From Octopus vulgaris (taxonomy: Eukaryota): 64,000 nt of DNA. This document shows positions 1 through 12,132 of this stretch, in pieces. The translations under genes were made by a program, and so were the position numbers. Positions within the stretch are counted from its first letter, which is position 1; each line of letters starts with the position of its first letter. The notes below the pieces were generated by a model. It was not told the DNA's origin. It was given only the letters and a program-made list of their open reading frames with translations, and did no database searches. The stretch spans positions 1,984,001 through 2,048,000 of the forward strand of contig OX597815.1 of the NCBI GenBank assembly GCA_951406725.2, read 5' to 3'.

Positions 1-212
1 AATTTTGGCACCAGGCCAGTAATTTCAAAGGTGGGGATAAGTTGGTTACGTTGACCCCAGTGTTCAACTGGTACTTATTTTATTGATCCCTGAAGGACAA
101 AAGGCAAAATCGATTCCAGTGGCATTTGAATTCATGACATAAAGTTGGAGGTAATGCTGCCAAGCAATTCTTCCATTGAGGGTAACAATTCTGCTGGCAC
201 GCTGCCTCCTTC
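1..212 (-). mobile_element. Degenerate SINE family B copy (variant tail)
   Basis: Diverged match to gaccccagtg..actggtactt..gaaggacaaaaggcaaa seen in intact B copies. Confidence 0.65.
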
Positions 213-333
213 CTTCAGATCTAAATATTGTCAGCTTTCCTGATGTTATTGATGCTAGTTTGGAAGATGGGGCTTCAGAGAGAGGATTTCATTCATTGCT
301 GAGAACAAACAAAATAGCTTCAATATGCTCTCG

Positions 334-720
334 CTTTTACTTGTTTCAGTCATTTGGCTGTAGCCATGCTGGAGCACTGCCTTTAGTCGAGGAAATCGAC
401 CCCAGGACTTATTCTTTGTAAGCCTAGTACTTATTCTATCGGTCCCTTTTGCCGAACCGCTAAGTTACGGGGATGTAAACGCACCAGCATCGGTTGTTAA
501 GCGATGTTGGGGGACAAACACAGACACACACACACACATATATATATATACATATATACGACGGGCTTCTTTCAGTTTCTGCCTACCAAATCCACTCACA
601 AGGCTTTGGTCGACCCGAGGTTATAGTAGAAGACACTTGCCCAAGGTGCCATGCAATGGGACCGAACCTGGAACCATGTGGTTGGTAAACAAACTACTTA
701 CCACACAGCCACTCCTACGC
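334..720 (-). mobile_element. tRNA-derived SINE family A, full length
   Basis: Head GGAGTGGCTGTGTGGTAAG (A box) and GGTTCCAGGTTC (B-box region), CCTTGGGCAAGTG core, internal TA/TG tract, tail GCTCCAGCATGGC..CTGAAACAAGTAAAAG. About 20 similar copies in the window. Confidence 0.9.
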
Positions 721-914
721 TGTTCATAAAAAAAAAAAAAAAGCTGGAGGGTAAAATGAAGAAACCCTTAATTTCAGCAAGTCTTAAACTCAGTGAAGCT
801 GCTGATGTCTTTGTGGTTGCTATGAAACAGTGAATGACTGAGTTTTTTTCAGATTGCCGCAGGGGCTCTGCAAAACATTAACTCATCATTTGTAAGGACC
901 TTAAATCCATTCAA

Positions 915-1358
915 CCCATTAGCATTTAACCCTTTCATTACTCTATCTATTTCGAGATGCTCTCTGTTTCTTTCAATTATTTTAAATATAACAAAGAATT
1001 TAGTAAAATAACTTCGTTATTATCATTAAGCTAGAGTTATGAACACAAATTGTGACTAAGGTTTGGTGGAAGATTTTAATTAAAAACTTATGAAAACAAG
1101 ACATTTTATCACAGAGCCAGAGCCAGTTTTGGCTGGGTTAGTAACAAAAGGGTTAAATTGGCCCCTTATCCAGTTTAAATGCTGTTTTATTTTCAAACTG
1201 GTCAGATCTGACAGCTCACACCTACCCTACAGTGTCACTTTAAAAATAAACAATGGCATCATCAAAATCTCAAAGCTATGAAATAATGAAGGATTAATTA
1301 AAAATGATTGTGAAGACATAAACATCACTTTCGACAGAGTAAACTGAATGCTAAAGGG
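915..1358. mobile_element. piggyBac-like MITE (outer element)
   Basis: Termini CCCATTAGCATT and AATGCTAAAGGG are inverted repeats with CCC..GGG ends. Flanks are degenerate TTAA-like (tcaa/tgac). Confidence 0.55.
930..1152. mobile_element. piggyBac-like MITE (inner element, nested)
   Basis: TTAA (926-929) CCCTTTCATTACT ... AGTAACAAAAGGG TTAA (1153-1156): TIRs plus TTAA target-site duplication. Confidence 0.75.
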
Positions 1359-1718
1359 TGACTCTTGTGATTGTTGTTTGAGAGTCAAAGCAAGAAAAAA
1401 TATAAAAGAAATAATTACCAACAAAGAAGTTAAGATACAATGAATCAAAAGCTGTGAGCAAATCTAAGAAAACCCACTATCTCTATCTACCAAATGCAGA
1501 GAAGCATCCTCTGAGATCTGGGGGGGATGGGGGTGAGGTGAAACTAAATGCCTTACAATCCATGCTAGTTCTGTATAATCTCTGTATATATTGCATCATA
1601 TTAATCCATAGTTTCAAGGACATCTGGAAGTTTGGATATTGGAGAATTTCAATGTGTCACCAAAATGTCTATAGCTGGATGCCTTTTGTAAAAGGTTGTT
1701 TTACCCTTAATTTATACA

Positions 1719-1827
1719 GCAATAAGAAAATGGCAGGGATCAAGAGGTGGTGTTCATCAACTTTTAGACATTATATTATGTCTAAAAGTTGATGAATACC
1801 ACCTCTTGATCCCTGCCATTTTCTTAT

Positions 1828-1830
<3 letters not shown>
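1719..1830. repeat. Near-perfect inverted repeat (53-bp arms, 6-nt loop)
   Basis: 1719-1771 is the reverse complement of 1778-1830 with one mismatch. A diverged loop-plus-arm copy lies at 2202-2263. Confidence 0.95.
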
Positions 1831-1862
<32 letters not shown>

Positions 1863-1866
<4 letters not shown>

Positions 1867-2065
1867 ATCCAAACATGAAAACATAAAGAGAAAACACAAC
1901 AACGCGAGGACGTGGAACAAATATAGTGTTATTGGACGCTCAGGAAGGAAAGGAAAGAAGGAGGGTTTAACGTTTCGAGTGGAGCTCTTCGTCAGAAACA
2001 TAGGAAAAGGAAAGATCCAAGGAAGGGAAGACGGCGGGGGAAAAAAAAAATCGCCAACGATACAC
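1863..2065 (-). mobile_element. Penelope-like element terminal fragment between (TA)n tracts
   Basis: Contains a PLE-type minimal hammerhead motif. A related fragment (cgtggaa..gacgctcagga) occurs at about 4584-4670. Confidence 0.55.
1965..1999 (-). ncRNA. Minimal type-I hammerhead ribozyme motif (Penelope-type)
   Basis: Minus strand GUUU-CUGACGA-A-GAG-CUCCA-CUC-GAAAC-GUU-AAAC: stem I GUUU/AAAC, stem II GAG/CUC, loop-less palindromic stem III (ACGU). Confidence 0.6.
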
Positions 2066-2283
2066 CATATATACATATATATATTCCTGTATGTTTTATT
2101 TTAATAATTACTGTTATCTTTATATATTTTATATGTAAAGCATAATATGTTATACATGTATGTATATTGTTATAATTGTCATTTTAGTAAATAAATAAAT
2201 TGACATCATATAATGTCTAAAAGTTGATGAACCGTCTATTGATCCCCTCCATTTTCTTATTGCTCTCTCTCTCTCTCTCTCTG

Positions 2284-2337
<54 letters not shown>

Positions 2338-2518
2338 AAGAAAGACAAATGAGATTTAAAATGTGCAACAGCTGTTTCGATAGCATAACGAAGGCATCAA
2401 TGAAAGGCTACAAAACCAGGTGTAGAGAATTTGAAACCTCATTTGTGTTCTTCTTTTACACCTATACCACACCTGGAAACAACCCTGGGTTGGATCTATG
2501 GCTTATATTGGATTTGGT

Positions 2519-3024
2519 ACATATATATACACATACATATATATACACATACATATATATATACATACATATATATATACATACATATATATATACATAC
2601 ATATATATATACATACATATATATATACATACATATATATATACATACATATATATATACATATATATATACATATATATATATACATACATATATATAT
2701 ACATATATATATACATACATATATATATACATACATATATATATACATACATATATATATACATATATATATACATACATATATATATACATATATATAT
2801 ACATATATATATATACATATATATATACATACATATATACATATATACATACATACATATATATATACATACATATATATATACATACATATATATATAC
2901 ATATATATATACATACATATATATATACATACATATATATATACATACATATATATATACATACATATATATATACATACATATATATATACATACATAT
3001 ATATATACATACATATATATATAC

Positions 3025-3109
<85 letters not shown>

Positions 3110-3116
3110 TATATAC

Positions 3117-3165
<49 letters not shown>

Positions 3166-3372
3166 CATATATATATACATACATATATATATACATATAT
3201 ATATAATATATATATATACATATATATACATATATCATATATATACATATATATATACATACATATATATATACATACATATATATATACATATATATAC
3301 ATATATATATATACATATATATATACATATATATACATATACATACATACATATATACACACACACACACAC
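2519..3372. repeat. Compound (TA)/(TACA) microsatellite array of about 850 bp
   Basis: Recurring TACATATATATA and TACATACATATATATA units. Source of the YI/HIY ORFs. Confidence 0.97.
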
Positions 3373-3710
3373 AGCTGATGTCATAAGGATTTGGAAACTT
3401 TTGCAAGAAAGTGAAATAATTCTTCCTCAGAACATTGGATCTATCTTGAAATGGATGATAAAGCAATAAACAACAGCATGCAAATATAAATAGCTTTGTA
3501 AGCTTCGAGATTCACTGTTCCACATTATATACACACACACACATATATATATATACACGCATATGTATATACACATATATACATACACACATACATATCA
3601 ATCCGTATCTGAATATACATATAAATCCATATATATAAACATGGATATACATATATACTCATACATAAATACACACACACACACACCTCTGTCTATAGGT
3701 AGGTAGATAG

Positions 3711-3900
3711 ATGGCTGGTGCTGCGTAAAAAGCACCTAGTACACTCTGTAAAATGGTCGGCATAAGGAAGTGACTCCAGCTGTAGAAACCAACAGATAAT
3801 GGAGCCTGGCGTGATTCCTGGCCTTGCCACCTACTATTAAACCGTCCAACCCATGCCAGCATGGAAAACTGACGTTAAATCATGATGAAGATGATGATGA
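3711..3900 (+). mobile_element. SINE family E 3' portion with (GAT)n tail
   Basis: gtaaaaagcacc..aggaag..ccagctgtagaaacc..aaccgtccaacccatgccagcatggaaa..gacgttaaa followed by GATGATGA. Confidence 0.6.
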
Positions 3901-4157
3901 GACATAGAGAAAGAGAGATATGGTTACAAATAAACATATATGTGACAAAATCGCTTCAAAAGTACCATAGTAGTAAGTGCTAATATTGTTGCGATTCTGT
4001 TCCTGTGGACAGGTAATCCCAGAATCTATTGATTTATACAAGAACCATCATCATCATCATCAGACACACTTCAAACTATTTACGCATCTATTGCATAGTA
4101 GTACTGAATGTCTGATCTCAATGTAAATGGATGAATAAAGAAAAAGAAAAATAATAA

Positions 4158-4205
4158 GGGTAGTGCCCCAGCATGGCCGCAACTCTCGAGCTGAAACTGG
4201 TTAAA
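4158..4205 (+). mobile_element. Isolated 3' tail of the CR1-like LINE
   Basis: GTGCCCCAGCATGGCCGCAACTCTCGAGCTGAAAC matches the LINE ends at about 20340 and 22015-22052. Confidence 0.65.
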
Positions 4206-4510
4206 GGGTTAATTAATTTTAACGATGAATTTGTCTCAGTCGCAAATCTGTCCCCTTCACTAAGACATTACAGCATGTGTGGCTGGTATCCATTTAATAT
4301 GACATAATACTATTATATCACACACACAGATATATTCATATACACACATTTATATTCATATACACACATTTATAGAATTTCCCAGGGTTTATTGATTCTG
4401 ATCTGTTCATTTTCAAATTATTTGTAAAAATGAAATAGTGATGATAATTAAAAATTGTCTCTGGTTCCCTCTTGTGCGCAGGTGCCTGCCTGTATGTATG
4501 TATGTGTATA

Positions 4511-4568
<58 letters not shown>

Positions 4569-4669
4569 GTGTGTGTGTGTGTGGCTCAAAATTGCACAAA
4601 GAGCAAAAGACAGAGACAGGCGTGGAAACAAGGTACTTTAGTTTGACGCTCAGGAAAAATGGAAGTCAG

Positions 4670-4715
<46 letters not shown>

Positions 4716-5028
4716 GTAAATACATACACACGCATATAGGTTCATGTACATACATATGCAAACATATATAAACACACACATACACACCTATGTATATATA
4801 TGCATAATTTTTCATATATATATATATATATATATATAAACTTATGCATATATACATATACACACATAAATATAGACATGCAATATACACACACACCAAG
4901 TCAAAACGAAAGATGGTCTACATATATATATAGATATATGTACACATGCATTTATATACACACATGCGTATTTGTATCTGCGTATACATACGTACACAAT
5001 TATAAACATACATACTAATGTGTGTATC

Positions 5029-5063
<35 letters not shown>

Positions 5064-5206
5064 GGACACACACACGTATATACATATATGTACGTATGTA
5101 CGCGTACACATAAATACCTATAAATACCTAACACATGTACGCGTACACATAAATACCTATAAATACCTAACTATCTAGGAAAAATTTAATCGCCACTATC
5201 ATATAC

Positions 5207-5249
<43 letters not shown>

Positions 5250-5509
5250 CGATATATATATATATACATACGTACACATACGTCTGAATGTGCGTGCCAG
5301 TATCTGTAGTTATATATACACGCGAGCGGGTATGTACGTGTGTATATGAACACGTACTTGTGTATAATACACACATCGAATACCCAAGTAGTAACATTGT
5401 CTATCTCGTCTGACATACATGAAAAATAATAATGATTATATTTTACATTGAAATACATTGAATTCTTTATTGTATCATTGCTTTGCGAAGCTTTTGGATC
5501 AAAAATCTC

Positions 5510-5557
<48 letters not shown>

Positions 5558-6029
5558 CACCCACACACCATCTTTATTATTCCGCGATACATGTATAAAG
5601 AGAGAGAGAGAGAGGAAGGGAGGGAGCACTAATTGAAGTGTGTTTAAGAGGTTTGTGACACGAATGTTCATCCATACTTAGACACGCGACTGTACATATC
5701 GTAAACAGAAACACAACATGCTGCCAACATCGATCAGAATTTTGGATTTTACTCGAGAAATAGCAACACTGAGATATTTCTAGGAAATAAATGTTGTTCT
5801 ATCCACATATCTAGAGAACTGGCTTAGTTTTTAAGGAGTAAAAGGAGAGAAAAGGAAAAAAAAAAAGAAAGGAAGAAAGAGATTAATGAGAAAGAAAGAA
5901 AGACGAGAGAAGTTTTCAGGTTAAAATCTAGAAATATAATCGAGATATTTGTGGGTCGGCGGCGAATAAATAGTTTTGTAATGTTTATAATTAGTGAATG
6001 TAATTTGTGATTAGAAATATTAACAGATG

Positions 6030-6520
6030 TGGACGAAGGAGATGGAGACAGAATGGGAAGAGAGAGAGAGAGGGGGAGGGAGAGAGAGAGGGAGGGAGAG
6101 TAAGAGAGAGAGAGAGAGAGAGAGATGGATAAGAAAGGATACAAGGATTAATGGGTAAGAAATTAGAGACATTGTGTGAAAGAGAGAGAAGCAGATAGAA
6201 GGAGAGAGAGAGAGAAGCAGACAGAAAGACGAAGAGAGAGAGAGAGAGAGAAGCAGGCAGAAAGACAGGGAGAGAGAATAAGGGAGACAGACGGAGATGA
6301 AGGCGAGTGACAGAAGAAGTATTGAGGGGGTGTGAGAGAAAGAGAGAAGCACTCAGACAGACGGAGAGTGAAAGAGAGAGAGAGAAGAATAAAGAGACAG
6401 AGTGAGGCAGATAGAGAGAAGAAGAAAGGCAGACAGAGAGACATGGAGAGAGTGTAAGAAGATAGAAAGAGAGGGGGGCGGAGAGTGAAAGAGAAACAGC
6501 TTTGAGAGGAAACGAGACAC
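6030..6520. repeat. GA-rich low-complexity tract
   Basis: (GA)n/(GAGAA) polypurine on the + strand. Confidence 0.85.
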
Positions 6521-6771
6521 ACACACATATATACTATATTACTATATATATCTATAGTATATATATTCTATATACAATATATTCTATATTCTACATTAAT
6601 ATTATAAAGAATATAAATAAAACATAAAAAATAGAGTTGGAATTTCTTTGAATAATATATATATCCCTCTATACACAGTCATACAAACCACTTTATATAT
6701 ATAGAAACTTATGCATATATACATATACACACATGCAATATACACACACACCAAGTCAAAACGAAAGATGG

Positions 6772-6826
<55 letters not shown>

Positions 6827-7174
6827 GTCTATATACACACCTTTCTATATACGCGTACGCATACATTTATATACACACATGCGTATTTGTATCTGCGTAT
6901 ACATACGTACACAATTCTAAACATACATCTCCATATACATATATAGATGCATGTAAATGCAAGGATAGAGAGAAGGGCAAACGTGTGTGTGTGTGTGAAA
7001 GAGTGAGAGAGGAATGAAAGAGAAAGGAAGAACGAAGTGAAAGAGTTGGACGAAAGCTGAAGAAGATGGCTGGAGATGAGAAAGAGAGAGAGAGAGAGAC
7101 GTGAATAAACGAAGAATGAAGAATGTATTGCGTTGTTTGGGGTTTGAAGAAGAATAGAAGCGATTCCTTCTTAC

Positions 7175-8017
7175 CTGAGGTTTTTGTATCAAAGCGGGTA
7201 GAGATGTTCGTCGGATAGATTTGTGAGCAGAAAATCCATGAGCGCTCGAACTACTCCTGCGTCTTTTGATGACAGGAATTTTGCCATCTTGAGTCATGTT
7301 GTTGCTTATTGTAGTTTTAAATACGGTTTCCAGGTACTTCGATACGATGATACCACAAAATCCACAAGAATAGGCGACGAACGGCCGCAGGCTCTGGGGG
7401 AAGTCGACCAGAGAGGTACAGGCGAGGAAACGTGTAAAGCTTACCAGAAGTATTACAGCAGCGCTTTGTAAGGTTTCTAATGAAGAAAATAAACTGGCAA
7501 AACTGATTGCTATGAGGACAGCCAACACCACAGACGGTTGCATTATGTACATGGACGAGACATCGTCCTGCTCGGCGGTCACACCTGTGTTCTTTCGGAC
7601 CAACATCACTTGGGCCGCTATCTCCCCCACATAACACGAAGAGAACAGCAGGTAGAGACTAGTATTGCTCCAACTTTTTCGAAATACTAGTGAAAGCCAA
7701 TAAAATGCATTTACAATACAAAACATGGGGACTATGAGGCTGCATAATCGGTAGAATAATTGTCCGATATCGCATTGTAAAACTTGGTAGACACACATCA
7801 CTGTCAACAAGAGTCCCACACCATAGACAACGCGCACCTGCTGGGCGCTCAAATTAGACCCACTCAATCCCACCCAATTCAAAAGGAAGCCGTAATTACT
7901 TTGTTCCATTGGCTTCACTAGCATCTGGATATAACCATTGTTCTCTGACTCCTCCTCATCGTTTTCGGACTCGTTTTTAGAGCCCCGTCTCGACACAGAC
8001 GAGCGGTGCATAGCCAT
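7175..8017 (-). CDS. PDE3: First coding exon (281 codons) of a cGMP-inhibited 3',5'-cyclic phosphodiesterase (PDE3 family): N-terminal membrane-association region plus phosphorylation motifs
   Basis: Non-repetitive ORF MAMHRSS...IQKPQ with about 6 hydrophobic segments, then KIPVIKRRRSSSS and KSIRRTSLP, matching the vertebrate PDE3A RRRRSSS and SHRRTSLP PKA/PKB sites. ATG at 8017 in CAAAATGG context. Phase-0 donor CAG|GTAAGA at 7175/7174. Catalytic exons are not in the window. Confidence 0.9.
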
Positions 8018-8196
8018 TTTGTTTCCCACAACACTCGCTGCCTGCCGGGAATCATGGGATATCCGAATGGTCGCAGAAGACGAACGACGACGACGATAGC
8101 CGAGTACGAAACTACGGATGGCTAGACGTGCAACGAAGCCTACACAGTGCTTTAAAGTGCTAACTTCGAAAAATATGGCTGTAACACACGCACACA

Positions 8197-8303
8197 CTCT
8201 CTCTTTCTCTTTCTCTCACCACGTACTCTCTGTCACACACACACACACTCTCTCTCTGTCTCACTCGCTCAGACACACATGCGCACAAATACTCGAGCGC
8301 ACA

Positions 8304-8345
<42 letters not shown>

Positions 8346-8444
8346 CTCTTTCTCTTTCTCTCACCACGTACTCTCTGTCATACACACACTCTCTCTGTCT
8401 CACTCGCTCAGACACACAAATACACACACATACGCACAAATACT

Positions 8445-8476
<32 letters not shown>

Positions 8477-8506
8477 GGCACGTACGCACACACACACGCA
8501 CACATA

Positions 8507-8549
<43 letters not shown>

Positions 8550-8560
8550 ACACACACACA
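8197..8560. repeat. Tandem duplication of a ~145-bp CT/CA unit plus (CA)n upstream of the PDE3 ATG
   Basis: ctctctctttctctttctctcaccacgtactctctgtca..cactcgctcagacacaca..gcacaaatactcg occurs at about 8197 and 8342. Confidence 0.85.
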
Positions 8561-8727
8561 GAATGGAAACAATACAGAAATTTATGCACGGAGATTTATT
8601 AACATAATGATGCCAGCCAGCACCGCTCGCTCTGCTTTCTCTTCCTCTTTCTTCTCTCGTCTTCAGTTCCTCTATTAATTTCGAAAACAGTCTTCGGCGA
8701 AACAGAGTACGTCATAGGTTTCTGAGA

Positions 8728-8750
8728 CTGGAAATGAAATAGAAAAAACA
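8728..8750 (-). promoter_or_regulatory. Candidate 3' splice acceptor for the PDE3 exon (exon would start at 8727)
   Basis: Minus strand reads GTGTTTTTTCTATTTCATTTCCAG|TCTCAG: pyrimidine tract plus CAG at the edge of unique sequence upstream of the ATG. Confidence 0.45.
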
Positions 8751-8764
8751 CCAACACCAACACA

Positions 8765-9570
<806 letters not shown>

Positions 9571-9835
9571 CATGGCCGCAGTCAAATGACTGAAACGTGT
9601 GCGTGTGCGTGTGTGTACGCGCACCCGACTGTCAATCGTACCTACGATTGACAGTCGGATACAAGAGCGTGTCACACTGAATCCACCCGTGGATTACAGC
9701 AGGGACACAAGACGCAGTCGAATACTGAACCGCTTGGGTGGTAATACAGCGATTTGGTTGTTCACGTTCTGGTATCGAATCCAGCCATGGTTAACCTTTG
9801 CCTTTCATCCCATCGGGGCTTGATGAAATAGAACA

Positions 9836-10255
9836 CAGGAGTGGCTGTGTGGTAAGTAGCTTGCTAACCAACCACATGGTTCCGGGTTCAGTCCCACTGC
9901 GTGGCACCTTGGGCAAGTGTCTTCTGCTATAGCCCCGGGCCGACCAATGCCTTGTGAGTGGATTTGGTAGACGGAAACTGAAAGAAGCCTGTCGTATATA
10001 TGTATATATATATATGTGTGTGTGAATATGTTTGTGTGTCTGTGTTTGTTCCCCTAGCATTGCTTGACAACCGATGCTGGTGTGTTTACGTCCCCGTCAC
10101 TTTTGCGGTTCGGCAAAAAGTGACCGATAGAATAAGTACTGGGCTTACAAAAAGAAATAAGTTCCGGGGTTGAGTTGCTCGACTAAAGGCGGTGCTCCAG
10201 CATGGCCGCAGTCAAATGACTGAAACAAGTAAAAGAGTAAAAGAGTAAAAGAGTA
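9836..10255 (+). mobile_element. SINE family A, full length
   Basis: CAGGAGTGGCTGTGTGG head through (GTAAAAGA)3 tail, inserted into an older B-like remnant (about 9735-9835). Confidence 0.92.
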
Positions 10256-10671
10256 CATGTCAAATATTGTGGAAGGAGGGGGGGAGGTGATAGCATCGAC
10301 TTCCTCCACTCTTTAAAATTGCGTTTTTAATTCAGTCAACATCATCATCATCATTGTAATTTCGAGTTCGATGGATTAAGTACCTGTGAAACACTGGGGT
10401 CGACAGGTGCGGTCCCAGGAAGGTTTTGGAGAGAAGGGCACACGGTCAGAATGGAATGCAATTCCAGGAGAAAAGGGCGTTATAACATTATTCAGAAGGG
10501 CGCACTTCAATTCTTGGGGGAGGGGCACATGCCCCCTCAGCCCTCCCCACCCTTTAGGTCCGTCCCTGGTCGGTGAAACCGACTAGTCCCCTGTCCCCAA
10601 ATTTCAGGCCTTGTGCCTTTAGTAGAAAGGATTCTTGTTGTTATTGTTGTTGTTGTTGTTGTTGTTGTTAA

Positions 10672-10858
10672 CACGCCGATGCTTAGCGGTATTTCGTCCA
10701 GCTTACGTCCTGAGTTCAAATTCCGCCGAGGTTGACTTTGCCTTTCATCCATCCGGGGTCGATAAAATAAGTACCAGGTGGACAGTGAGGTCAATGTAAT
10801 CAACTAGCTCCCTTTTCCGAAATTGCTGGCCTTGTGCTAAAATTTAAAGCCATTATGA
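10672..10858 (+). mobile_element. SINE family B, 5'-truncated, variant tail (ggccttgtgc..)
   Basis: gcttagcggtatttcgtc..GAGTTCAAATTCCGCC..gcctttcatcc..ggggtcgataaa..gtacc. Confidence 0.8.
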
Positions 10859-10926
10859 TTATTATTATTATTATTATCATTATTATTTCTATTATCATCA
10901 TCATCATTATTATTATTATTATTATT

Positions 10927-11185
10927 GAGTGAGAGAGCAGTTCATGCCATCAAAGTGACACTGGGGTAAAATATGCGAAGCCCAGTATACCCATCATGAC
11001 TACCCGTCTGATAAGGGTACACCAGGCACATGCATCACAGCCATATATGCGCGACATGGTGATCTCATATCAAGATAAACAGCACATGACCTTGCAGGTG
11101 GGGCCCAGTTAGAATTTTCTTCAGGTTGAGTAGCCCATCCCGCTCAAAAGGTCCCTGAATAAGGGTTGTTTAAGGATGTTGAAAG
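10927..11185 (-). mobile_element. Orphan ~260-bp segment embedded in (ATT)n, probable 3' end of a microsatellite-targeting non-LTR element
   Basis: Complex sequence with (ATT)n on both sides and no ORF. Orientation is inferred. Confidence 0.45.
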
Positions 11186-11205
11186 TATTATTATTATTAT
11201 TGTTA

Positions 11206-11290
<85 letters not shown>

Positions 11291-11373
11291 TGTTGTTGAT
11301 GTTATTTGTAGCATTATTTCTGCAATTATGTTTGTGTAAGTGACATCTACCCAGCAGATAATAAATTTCTTTA

Positions 11374-11404
<31 letters not shown>

Positions 11405-11561
11405 GTGTGTGTGTGTATGTGTGTCTGCGCACGCGTTTGTTTCAAAGAATAGGTAAGACACCATTGTCTGGATTTCTCTACGCACACAGCATACACACAC
11501 ACGCACGCTTGCATATATATTCACACACACACACGTACTTATACTCTCTCACACACAAATC

Positions 11562-11598
<37 letters not shown>

Positions 11599-12087
11599 GC
11601 ATGCACACGCACACAGGTACATTTAAAGTCTTGTGTAGAAATAGTTCTGTATTTATACATGACCGAAGTTCCTGCCATCATCGCGATGTCTCTGGTTCAA
11701 TCCCAGTGCGCCACATCGCATCTGTCACAGTCTCTGGTTTACCGAATCCTTGTTGAATGGAATGAGAAGGCGGAAAGTATGTGGCAGCCTAATCGCCCTG
11801 TTACACCCTGTGTCACACTGGTACACCCTGTGTCACACTGGTACTGTCTGAATGTTGTGTTAAAGAGCAAGTGTCTGTGGAATACTCAGCTACTTGAGTT
11901 CTGCTGTTCAAAGAATTAGGAAACTTGTACGATGAAATGGACTTGGGAATCTGATGTATATATCTAAATATTATTTGAGTTTAATTATCGTCTGTGTTGA
12001 CCTCCTTCCGTTTCTACCAAGAATATGGACAAATTGAAAGGCACTAAACCGCTGCTCGGATCCGGGTTACATAGTTCGACTAGCTGT

Positions 12088-12119
<32 letters not shown>

Positions 12120-12132
12120 CATACATACATAC

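Noticed and set aside
2349-3469. Long 240-330-aa YI/HIY ORFs (and similar MYVC/HTYI ORFs at 40346-41231 and 55009-56664)
   Set aside because: Translations of stop-free microsatellites, open in most frames on both strands.
6917-7174. ORF continuation past ..KPQ
   Set aside because: It follows a consensus GTAAG donor and runs into CT/CA repeats, so it is intronic.
8018-8197. In-frame 60-codon N-terminal extension of PDE3 containing a second RRRRSSS
   Set aside because: It starts at a GTG in a (TG) tract with no ATG, and the Arg run is a (CGT)4 microrepeat. Probably coincidental UTR sequence.
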